Below, piece by piece: positions 35,400 through 46,464 of a stretch of DNA of 64,000 nucleotides (positions within the stretch are counted from its first letter, which is position 1; the number at the start of each line of letters is the position of its first letter). Below the pieces are notes generated by a model, which saw only the letters and a program-made list of their open reading frames with translations, was not told where the DNA came from and did not search any database. Origin of the DNA: Blasia pusilla (Eukaryota); the NCBI GenBank assembly GCA_050084515.1, contig CM114271.1, positions 33,790,001 to 33,854,000 of the forward strand. The letters are read 5' to 3'. Both the position numbers and the translations under genes were made by a program.

Positions 35400-38300
35400 T
35401 CCATCAATATTTGCCAACTTCTCGCCACAATGATTTTTCTTCATACTCCTCGTTGCTTATTAAGCGAGCTATCCACCTTGGTTTTTTACCTCTTTGCAAT
35501 TATTTTATTCCAAAAGATCTAACAAATGGCTTTATGTCTCTATATAAGCTAAGAGGCTTTTGAAAAAATATAGAATGGACTCATTTGTTATCTCATCTAG
35601 AGCATCCCCAAGTGGTTATTGGGATTCTCTCCCAATATTTTTTACAACATCCGTTCTAACTTCTTTACACTTATCCTCCCAATTCAGAGTTATAACATCG
35701 ATTGGCCTCTTTTAACACTTCTATCATGGTAACTTCCATCAACTTCTTCGTCTGAATACATTTGAGGAAGATCACGATTTCTTAGATTCACAACAATATA
35801 TCTTGAATATTTCTCTTAGAGACGTGGGGCTTTCTTTCATAATCACATTTGCACCACCATCTTTTTTGGGGAGTTGAGCTTTAGTTGCCCCAAATATCAC
35901 CACTTCTAGCTTTCTACAAGGAAATGCACCTATCTTGATGGATCATATGGCCCATGCAAAAGGAGGTGAGTCTATAATTCCAAAAAAATTGAGATCTTAT
36001 CGATCTTGTGATCTTCTTCCACTTGCTAGACAAGCAATTATACTCCCTTTCAATCAAATGATTATAGAAGCGCTTGATCAACTTCAAAAGCTTGTCTTTG
36101 AGAATTTGCAGCAGATCAAATTTTATTGCATTCTTTGTGAGGCATTCTCTAATAGTCTCCGAGCCCGTCTGCGATTATGTACGGGTATAAGAGTGGAGGC
36201 ATGGCTTACTATAAATACTCATCTTCTTTCAATTTTTTCTTCCATAGAGTTTATTCTTAAATACGTGGGAAACGCCTTAGGGATTTAAGTGGAGTATAAA
36301 TTAATCAATGAATAATTAATTTAATATTATAATGGATGATTATAAATATGAAAAAAATAGAATAATTATGATTAAAAACCAAAATTTTAGAATTTTTACC
36401 TCAATTCATATTTGATTGAAAATAAAAATAAAATTTTAATGGAAGAGTAGATTCTGTTTAAGTTTTATGGAAAATTAAAATTACTTAGTGTATTGGGATA
36501 TCATTTAAATTTGAATGGAGGATTTTAATTACTAAGAACAGTGAAATTTTATTAATTTTCTAAGATTTTATAAAATATAAATACTATTAAAATTTTTAAA
36601 TAAATGACATGTTAAATTTTTTAGATAATCGTATGAATTCAAATATAATATTTTGGGAAAGAAAATTAGAAATTTTTTCCTCAATTCATATTTGACGGAA
36701 AAAAAAATTTATGGAATAGTAGATTTCATTTAAATCGTAATAATTCATATGCGATATTTTGGGAAAGGAAAATGAATTTGAATGGAAAAGTAAAATGATT
36801 TTGTTAATTAAAATTAGCTAAGATTTTGGTTAGTGAGTGTTATTTTGGTGGGAAGAGTGGAAGGGAAGAATAGTTATTGTTTGAGCTTTTACGGAGGAGT
36901 GAAATTATTTAGGGAAAATGGGTGTTATTTAAAGTTCAAATTTTCTTACTCTTTTAAGATTAAAAAAAGTGGAAATTATCTTTAAATTTAAAATTTAAAA
37001 ATAATTTAAAATAATTTGAAGGTTTGGAGATCTCAACATTTTCTCACTTGGATTTAAAAAAATAGTCTTTTATTATAGTTTACAATCATGGAACATCGAA
37101 AGCAAGTGTAATTCCTTTGATGGTTGATTATTTTTTGAATTAAAATTTTATAAGTATTAGAGGTACGTTGATTGAGTTAAAAAAAATTCTATGATAATTT
37201 TAATGGTGGTAGATTCCATAAAAGTTTTCATACACCTTTTAATTTTAGGGCACACAATAAGGAATGAAGATGAAATGTTCAATACGAAAGCTAGAAAGTT
37301 TTATTGGATCACATTAGGCTTTCAAAGTAAAGTACATAGAGCTGAATGTTATATTCTAATCTCATCCATAATCTTGACCTTATATGTATAGTCTATTTCT
37401 TATCAAAGAATTAAGATGAGATAGACCTCCATATATCATTGAGCGCCAGGTATTATTATTTTGTCACCAAATTTCTATCATTTTCTTATCGTTATTTTCT
37501 TTTTTTTCAAGGCCACAAATTTAATGTGTTAGTATTACATCTTTAACTTGGCATACGCTTATGGCTATGCTCTGACTTTGCAAATTCCTTGTAAAAATTT
37601 TGAATGTATTGTAATTTCATTATTTTCATATACTTCATATAACACCAAATTATAAATATATTGTAAAGTTCATAGAAATATGCATACTTCGAGTATGAAT
37701 TACTTATAATATATTGACATACTTCATTTCCATAACATCTTCCAATCTTTAGAGGTTAAGGCTAACATAAGACATATGTATCTTTATGGGAAATCAATAT
37801 ACTTACAAAACTATGATAATCTTGTCGATGTTATTATGGTTTGGAAACTATGCATATGTAGATGTAGGTTTGTCTTAATATATTGTTGTATTATTCCTCT
37901 AATATCTGCCTTTATGTGACGATGGTAGTTCATAATAGATTTTTGAATTCTATTTTTATGTTTGTGAAGAACTCTAGATATGATGCTAAATTCCACATGT
38001 TGTCTTAACTTGGCGTTTTTTCGATGTGTTGATATCAAGTCTTTCCTTCATGTCCTTCATCTTGTTATTCAATTATTATTGCACATCATGATATTTTTGT
38101 TCTATCTCTTGTTCTTCTGCATGGTCCTTCATATTTTTTTATATTTAATTAATATGTATTTTTATTTTTCTCTTCTTTACAACTCTTAGTGCTCGTTAGT
38201 TGGTCTCAACCATTTGAATCGTTGTTAGATTTTGGCTATGAAAAGTAGTTTTTCAAATGATTGTATTTAGTCAACTACTCATATTCCTTTCATTTTCTTG

Positions 38301-39400
38301 TAGTTTTGGCCTATCTTTTGTCCATACTTCTATTCTTCCCAACTTAAAATCAGTACCAATTATTAGGAAACATACCACAAAATAAATTCAACATACACTA
38401 TCTACATGAATAAAAAACTTACTCTAATTGAGCTTGACATGCCATTTTTGTAGAATTTTCATATTATATCACATCAACCATGCAATCTTATATAATTTTT
38501 ACAAACCTTATATGTAATCTAATTTTCAAGTTAGATAAGGTCAAACTCAACATAATAGCATTTTCTATAGGTTTCCCCTTTTTTCAATGGAATTTTGAGA
38601 CTAAATTTTCGGGAAGTTTCTTAAAATGTTTAGAATGTTTGGATTTTTCTTGCCACACAAGTACCGAAAAGGCACCATGTTTAGAAGTTGTATCCAACAA
38701 AAAAAATTCAAAGCCAAAGATTTAAGAAGATTTTGAAAAACATACTATGCCATATTTGTTGTTATATCAAATATAATCTTATATGTGAAGTGATATAACA
38801 TATTTTTACATTTATGCAAAGATCTTTCAACTTACACTTGGACCAATCTTTATGGTATCACTATTCGTTGCCTTTACTTTGTATATTGTTTCGTATTCTA
38901 CTATGCATCCCATCAAATATTTGTATTCTTAATTTTTTGGTATTATCTCATTAAAATATCATTGGTAGACATGTCTCATAATGAAAAATATTTAAAACAT
39001 ATTCAATTCCTTTCAAGTGAAATTTCATTTATTTGAACTCTAATTATATATATTCTTGACAAGAATTATTTAAAAAGACGGAAATATGTTCGATATTTTT
39101 TATGAAGATTATTAGGTCTTGAAGTTGCCTCATCTTACATTTGAATGATTTTATACAAGAAACATCATTCTCTAAAATTTTCAATATTTACACTCGGAGT
39201 GGATAAAGTATCAAATATCTTCTAATTTTCACCATGAATTTCTTCCTATTTAAACTCTAGACTGTTCTTTACAAAGGAAAATATTTTTCTAATCATTATT
39301 AGTTTTATTTAGTAATGATATGTTTTCCAAAATTAACCATTTATGGTAAATATCTTAGCATCCTTATTTCTCCATAGGAACCAAATACCTTTTTTTAGCA
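35400..39400 (-). mobile_element. Possible highly decayed LINE ORF2 relic in an AT-rich block
   Basis: Only faint motif echoes on the minus strand: QLPKKDGGANV (~35860, cf. the L1 PKxxGGLG motif) and GDKNNNTWRS (~37450, cf. KGD..NWRPI). Stops throughout. Confidence 0.3.
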
Positions 39401-39959
39401 ATCGATCAACTTAAGTGGAGTATTGGGATGTATCCTTCTAGAAAACATAAAAAAATAATAACTAATTAAGTTCAAAATCTTCTCTCAAAATTTTAGGGTT
39501 TCGAAAAACTCTTAGGTCAGAAGCAATCTTTAACTTCATTTATCTAAGACAATCTTACCCTTTTATTATTGATTTGACACAAAGATAGTGGAAGTTGAGA
39601 ATTTGGCCAATTTATTCTAAAAAAGATAGAATTATATTCTAGAATATCAAATTTATTATTATATATAAAAAAATTATCCATTATTATCTTGTTCCTAACC
39701 ATCTTTTATTTATATATTATAACCTAGAAGACTATCTGTAATCCTAGCAGAAATACATTGAGATGAGTGGATAAATATTTTTGCATATATGGGATAAGAA
39801 TGTGTAAAAAGGGGATGAATGATCCCTATCTATTGTGTCATATTATAATTAATTATTTATGTTGTATATAAAGAATATAAATTTATATACTTATTATTAT
39901 GTTGTAAGTATCTGACTCAAAATTTTGCAACTATTGTGTGACTATAGTATGGCCAATTT

Positions 39960-40511
39960 GCGACTCTTGAGGCTCAAAAAAATGTTAGTGGATGGAGATT
40001 TGGAGGAGAAAATCTACAAGTCTAGCCCCTTGGATATAAGCATCAAAATTATCTTTCTCTAGTATGTAAATTGAGAAAGGATCTTTACAATCTCAAAAAA
40101 GCTTCAAGAGTTTGGTATGATAAGATTAGCCTATTCTTAAAGATTCTTGCATTTAAAGCTTGTAGTTCATATTTCTCACTCTATTCACTAAGAGTTTAAG
40201 GATTCAGATTGTCAAGTATTTCAACTGAAAATCTTCTTACAATTGCACTTTGATATATTGTATCAATCTCTTATTGCTACAAATCACAATCAAAACATAT
40301 ACATCAAAATAGATGATGATCAAAATCAAATCATAATAGATAGAAAATTCAATTTTGGCTATGTATTCAAATTTGGAAATACTACAATAGGCTGGGTTTC
40401 AAAGAAACATCAAAATCTTGCTTTATTGGCAATAAAAAATGAATATACACAACGTAAATTGATTTTATTGAATAGTCTACTTGTGGATAAATAATTAGAA
40501 TTATTCAAATA

Positions 40512-40542
<31 letters not shown>

Positions 40543-40640
40543 CATTAGTAGCAATCATTTGGGAAAAAAATGTTTCATGCAAGGACAAAGCATCATGAGA
40601 TGCATTTTTATTTCATGATAGAAAAAATCTAAGAAGGGAG
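39960..40640 (+). mobile_element. Highly decayed Copia RT/RNase H fragment with an inserted (TACA)n tract
   Basis: VCKLRKDLYNLKKASRVWYDKI at ~40060-40130, FGYVFKFGNTTIGWVSKKHQ at ~40355 and FHARTKH at ~40573. (TACA)n at ~40512-40545. Confidence 0.8.
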
Positions 40641-43219
40641 AATGAATCTTGATGAAATGAATGAAAGATTTGGACATCCAAAATTTATTTTTTGGAAATC
40701 TTATGAGAAATAATCATGGTTGGAAATACTTTGGGCGAATGTAAAGTGAGTGGACATAGAGCAAGGAATGCCATTAGGTTTAGTAGCTTGGGGTAGCTCG
40801 CAATCCCATTCATATTCCTCATTCAAAGCATAGAAAATGAAATTATCAACATCCCTATCCTTTCCAAGCTTCAAATCGAATTGACATTCCTGGTGAAGGC
40901 TTCCAAAAACAAAATCTCCATTATCGTTCAAGCCATAAAACCCTCACAAGAGATACCAATGGAAAAAATTTGACCCCCAAAAACTTGCTTATTTTAAGTA
41001 GAATTTTTGGGAAAATAATCCTATTTTGAAAAATAAGCACAGTTGGAAATATTTGGGACATGGCTAGGGATAGGCGCAAAGTAGTCATGTAACTTGGAGA
41101 AAAAATTTGCATTTGGAAAACGACTCAAAGAAAAACCTTCACACTTCTTTCCGACCAAGGGAAAAATTGGACATACTAGGGAAGTCCCAAGAAGCAACCA
41201 AAAAAATTAGAAACAAATAGAAGTGATTCTATCACATTCATGAGAAATCGAAGCCCATGAGAGTTTGCAGTTTTCCACTCAACGAGATTTGCGATCATAC
41301 ATACAAATGTAAAAAAATCTAGAAGTTATGGATCTTAATTTACATTATCTATATTATTATTAGAGAGTCCCTCTTCATTTTGAGATCACCTCTCCTTTTG
41401 ACACATGTCTTTTTTAGCCAACAGAACCGCTCGTTGTCCAAGCCAATAGGATTGCTCGAATTCAATTGTACACTTAGGATGGGTCATTCAAAATTATACA
41501 CAAGCTCGTTATTATTAGTGGAGAGTGACCTTTTATTTTTTAAATTCTTCTCCCCTTGATACTTGCAATGGAAAATATAATTTTCCTTTTGAACCAATGG
41601 AATATCTAATAGAATTCTCGTTTTAAAAAGATATGAAAATTTCAATAAAATTCAAAAATTGATTATGAAAAATATTTCAAACCCACGTGCATTATATGAA
41701 TTTACACTATGCAATCCATTAATGGGGAATAACTTTTCTTGTATTCTTCTTTCTCCACACAGTCTTCCATGTTACTATCCTTCAAACACGAGTATCTCCC
41801 GTCGTGTCAATCTTGCGCAATATTACTCTTCTCCAAACCCTCCTTATATTTTACCATACGGTTTAAAAGGGATGGTGTAAAAATTGGTAAGGAGAATTAC
41901 GTTAAACATGAATTATTTAGGATCCTTACTAATAGATGAAACCTGAGGTTGATTACAAACCCTACTACTAGGCACTAATAATTTCTTCGCTTTCTCCTTA
42001 CGCCATGTGTAGTTTTGGTGCAGGTTTGGGGGAGTGGATTCGAAGCGCAGAGGAAGGAGAATGAAAATTCTCCTGCAAATGGTTTTCAACCGTGGATGGG
42101 TTCTCCTTGGTTCTTCTTCAACCGTGGATGTGGATCTAATAAAAACAAACTCACTCCTCCGTATTTATTTATTTATTTATTTATAAATGAATTTATCTGT
42201 CGTGTTACTCAGGTGGTTCCGTATTCCTCCCTTTGTGAATGGTGTGGTGCTTCTCTTCTCTTTACTCCTTAGACTATTTGGTGCCCATGGGATGCACGAA
42301 TGAATTTTGGACTACTGCTGAATTGACAAATATATTATGGGATAGGTTATTTACCAAGTTTGGTGAGCATCATCTTTGGATGTGTTCACCAAATACCCCC
42401 TTCCTCAAATTATAATATAGATTTCCAAACCGGAAAGAGAAACACGGTCGCACATTGGTTCCTTCCTTCCAGGGTTCGGGAGGTTTTTGGCATGTCTCGA
42501 TACATTACATTACTTGGAGTGTCTAATCGGAGACCGAACCCGTTTTGAGGTACGAAATAGAAAAGAATCTCAAATTTAAAACCAATCGGAAATTCTCAAA
42601 TTTAACCGACTAATGCAATTCTCAAATTTAACCGACTAGCATCGATGGTAACCGATCATTGCTTTCTTCCGACTATATCCGATTTTCAATGAAACCCCAA
42701 CAAGATCCCGTAACGGAACGGGTTCAGTCGCAGCACAAAACTGTGACGTTCGGACTCCGGAGTCTTCGGACCACGTGGTTTCCATCCGGGCCCATGAGCG
42801 GGAAATCTTTTCCCACGTGTCCACGCATCGAGGAGGCACTAAGGGAACCGTCCGGTTTCCTTCCCTCTCGGATGACCGGCTCACCGGTCTCCTCGCCCCT
42901 GAAGGCTGGGAAGCTGGGACTGCTCCGGACCTTCAAACCCAGACCTTGATTCCTAGAAATCCTATCGGGAGGATTCACCTGATCATGGCAATGATGGTAC
43001 CTTTAGCTTTTCCTAGTTTGCTATCATGGGAAGGAGAAGACGTGCCCATGTGGCGCGCTTGTGCATATTTACCCTAAAGGTACCAAGGGCATCTTTCAGA
43101 CGTTATTAAACTCTGCTTGAGAGCCCCCCATCCGCTCTCATCAACTCGGACCCACCGATGCATTATTGTTTATTTATTATTTATTTTTAATTACTAGGAA
43201 GAGGGGAATTAGAAACTCA

Positions 43220-43400
43220 TAGCCCCAGCCCCGATAGTGGCAGAAATACGCTGTGTGGCCGTAAATAATTAATAAAAATGTGACATAATGTTTTTCTAAG
43301 AAATTAAAACGAAAAAAATCAGAGCCCACCCCCCAATAGCTGCAGAAATACTCTGTATGGCCGCAAAGAATTAATAAAAAAGTGACATTATGTTGTTCCC
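43220..43400. repeat. ~105-bp tandem duplication
   Basis: ATAG..GCAGAAATAC.CTGT.TGGCCG.AAA.AATTAATAAAAA.GTGACAT.ATGTT occurs twice. Confidence 0.8.
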
Positions 43401-43692
43401 TGAAAATTTAAAATGGAAAATAGAAACTGACGAAAATACCCACGATGTGTATATGTTTCATGCGGTCATCACACCAAGTGGCGAATCATTTGCTTCGTGA
43501 CCTGTACTTCTAGAAGATTCCACACCTATTTTCCTGTCAGATGAAACACTTTGATGCTTGGAAAGTTCTATGGCTAATACCACCCTAATACCACTTTGCG
43601 GTCTTCCGTATTTTAGACCATAATATAATGCGCACAGTCCACTCACCGGAGACGACGATAAACCCGACCACAACCGGTAGGATAAATCCCGG

Positions 43693-43768
43693 TTAGGGGA
43701 TTTTTCTTGGGGGATATTGATTTTGAAACCGTGTTCAAAATTAATATCCGCCAAGAAAAATCCCCTAA
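43693..43768. repeat. Near-perfect 35-bp-arm inverted repeat (76-nt hairpin)
   Basis: TTAGGGGATTTTTCTTGGGGGATATTGATTTTGAA - ACCGTG - TTCAAAATTAATATCCGCCAAGAAAAATCCCCTAA, two mismatches. Confidence 0.92.
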
Positions 43769-44029
43769 GAAAAATTAGGGTTCTACTACTACGCTGCCCG
43801 CGCTGTGCACCGGGCACCTAGCAACGAAGACCATAAGAGTCACCGGGCAGTCATTAAAAACGCCTCACATTAAATGGACGGGCAGAGGGGACGCGCGTTT
43901 CTAACGGGCAGGGTTATGGACGGAAACGGGGCAAGGACGGACGGACGGAAGCGGGCAAGCCCGTCGCTTCGCGCCAGGACGGTTGATGGACCTCATAGCG
44001 TCGAAGAGGGTGGTTTAGCCGGGACTGAC

Positions 44030-44477
44030 CACGGCAGTCGCGGTTGGCGGGAATCAGCCGAGTGCGTGCCAATGTACACCCGTAGCAGGAGCCTTCGCAC
44101 TGTGTCAGCAGGCATGTCGTTTGTCTCTCAAATCAAATCGAGCGCTCGCCGCTCCTAGTCTAGACCCTCTCGCCTAAATTGCTTGAGAAACGCTCGTTCG
44201 CCAGTCGCACTCGATCTCACGCTCGTTCTCCACTCGACGGCTCACACTCCTCACTCGTTCGCCGCTCGCACTCTCAGCCGAGTGCATGCGGTGAGCGGCT
44301 GATTCCCGCCAACCGCGACTGCCGTGAGATCCAGTGTGACTGGCGAACGAGCGTTTCTTGAGCAATTTAGGCGAGAGGGTCTAGACTAGGAGCGGCGAGC
44401 GCTCGATTTGATTTGAGAGACAAACGACATGCCTGTTGACACAAGCGCGAAGGCTCCTGCTCCGGTTGTACAATGGC
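44030..44477. repeat. Long compound inverted repeat (~155-bp arms plus a 31-bp interleaved inversion)
   Basis: 44068-44221 is the reverse complement of 44323-44477 with a few mismatches; 44030-44060 is the exact reverse complement of 44296-44326. Confidence 0.93.
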
Positions 44478-44969
44478 GCTGCTGACATTGGCGTGAAGGC
44501 TCTTGCTACACGTATACATTGGCGCTGCTGACATTGGCACGAAGGCTGCTGCTACTGGGGAAATTGGAGTTGTTGACATTGGTGCCAAGGCTTCTGCTTT
44601 TGCTGCAAACTCTGGTCGGATCTCCGAGCTGCAAGGGCAAAGGAGGAGGCTGGTGCGATTGTCCATTTGTGGCAAGTGGCTCGCATTTTCGTTGTGTTCT
44701 GCCATTTTCATGCAGACACAGTTTACGTTCATTGAACATTGATGTATGAGTGTAAGAACCACGAGATGGACTAGTTACTGCATCTGAGTTGTGTGAAAAA
44801 AAGTGCTTGGCTATTGGTTTGCTTATATGATGAAGACCCACACCGCCTAATAATTGAAATTTTTGAGAATGAAAAATGCGCAAGTTGTCCCATAGAACAT
44901 AATCGACATTTGTCTTTTGCAGTTGGCAATTATAGAGCATCAAGGTAGGAATACTTGCACACAATTGCT

Positions 44970-45700
44970 CAGCCAGCGAAGTAACGGATGTAGAGTATTA
45001 GTGGAGTGATCAAGTTTCTGTAGAGCATCAACTTTTCCAAGAGGGTCTTGACCAACTTGCATCCAGTTGATTGACCTAAAATCCTTGGTAATTCCTGCCT
45101 ATCGTCTACCCGCCTCAGTACCTTCAAGTCTTTCATTGAATGTGTGAAATTGAGTGTTACATGCAATGCTAGCAAGTGGCCACAATCAGAATGTGAACCC
45201 CCCTCCCCATATTCAATATTACCTCAAAGGATTTTTAGCATATTCCTAATGGAACCCTAATCCAGATCACAAGTTTCGTGATTGGCATGTATTGTAACTC
45301 ACTTTGAGCAATGTCGTGTGAGTAATTGGGATTCACTTGTTCACTTCAATCAAAGGAATTAAGTAGTTCTAGAATTGGAGCCCATTCCCCACGTTGCCAT
45401 TCATTCTGCATGGGGTATGAGAAAACTTAGTGAGATTGTTTGGATTCCAAACCTAAAGACATGCACGGGAATTTTTTTTTGCAAGTTTCAATAGTACGAT
45501 AATCCCTATATTCCCCTAAACCGTTCAACTCATGTGCTACTGAGTTAACATTTTTTCGACTAGAATCCAACCTGTTTCGGCGGGCCAGAAGGGTCTTGTC
45601 CACAAATGAATTTCAACAGCCTTTATTCCAAAATGAAGGAATTAGTGAATCCGGGACTTTGTTGATAAACTATTCCTATAGCCCATAAGCCTTCCGGAAG
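44970..45700 (-). pseudogene. Possible decayed Ulp1/C48-like peptidase (typical TE passenger gene)
   Basis: Minus-strand fragments NYLIPLIEVNK*IPI (cf. xIPI..NHW) and GGSHSDCGHLLAL (cf. Q.N..DCG) appear in the expected order, broken by stops and frameshifts. Motif resemblance only. Confidence 0.25.
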
Positions 45701-46367
45701 GAATGCTCTATCAACCCCTACTCGATAGTATCATCCGCTCAGGCTTCGAGAGTTGCACTAGTATTCTTGTAGATCAGTGGGCATGAGTACCCGTGAACCC
45801 AAATTTTTGGATGTAGTGCACTTTAGAGACTTGAGGATTGGGTGTAGGGGGGCGGAGAATATTAGTAAGTATCCGTCAGGTAACGTAGGTATTGGTGAGA
45901 CTTGGGTCAACAATCTTTTCCACACCAATGGAGATCCTGATTTCTACTTGAGAGATATTGTTTGTAAATCCAGTCACGGGAGGGATGGAACTTACCTCAA
46001 GGACTGGATTGTCTTGGGAATGCCCTTAGGCGTGTACGGTTGCTTACACAATGTTGTAGATAGACTTGGCTATCATGTCGATTTCTCGCCGAAGGTAAGA
46101 AGACCATGTGGTCATATTTGGCTAGATTGCTACTTCCCAAAAAAAGAGCCACAAAATTTATAGTTGTATCTGAAAACGAAGGGTCATACAATGCCACCAT
46201 CATCCCAAACATAAAGTCTGTATTTTCTGGTGCACGTAAGAATTATTTAGCCAAGGTGGTGTGTTTGCTTAGATTGAAAATGAGGGTAGGTCCGGGAGAT
46301 GCAAACGGGTCACCACCGTGGGTGTTGTTGACCCCAAAGAAAGTGTATCTGATCGAGGAAATTGATA

Positions 46368-46464
46368 TTAGGGTTTAGGGTACCCTAAACCCTAAACCCT
46401 AAAAACCCTAAACCCTAAACCCTAAAAACCCTAAACCCTAAACCCTAAACCCTAAACCCTAAAA
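46368..46464. repeat. Interstitial telomeric repeats in head-to-head orientation: TTAGGGTTTAGGG-TA-(CCCTAAA)11
   Basis: Eleven CCCTAAA-type units at 46383-46464 (two are CCCTAAAAA variants), preceded by an inverted copy; 46368-46395 is a perfect 28-bp palindrome. Confidence 0.97.

Noticed and set aside
41348-43821. Possible non-autonomous Helitron (A|TCTATATT start; TGCCCG..CGGGCA hairpin then CTAG)
   Set aside because: CTAG is only 1 nt from the hairpin and is followed by C rather than T, and there is no Rep/helicase. Not supportable without copy comparison.
45777-46378. Plus-strand ORFs next to the telomeric tract as a possible viral or telomere-associated gene
   Set aside because: No recognisable motif, non-ATG or overlapping starts, and the strand of any ancestral gene is unclear.
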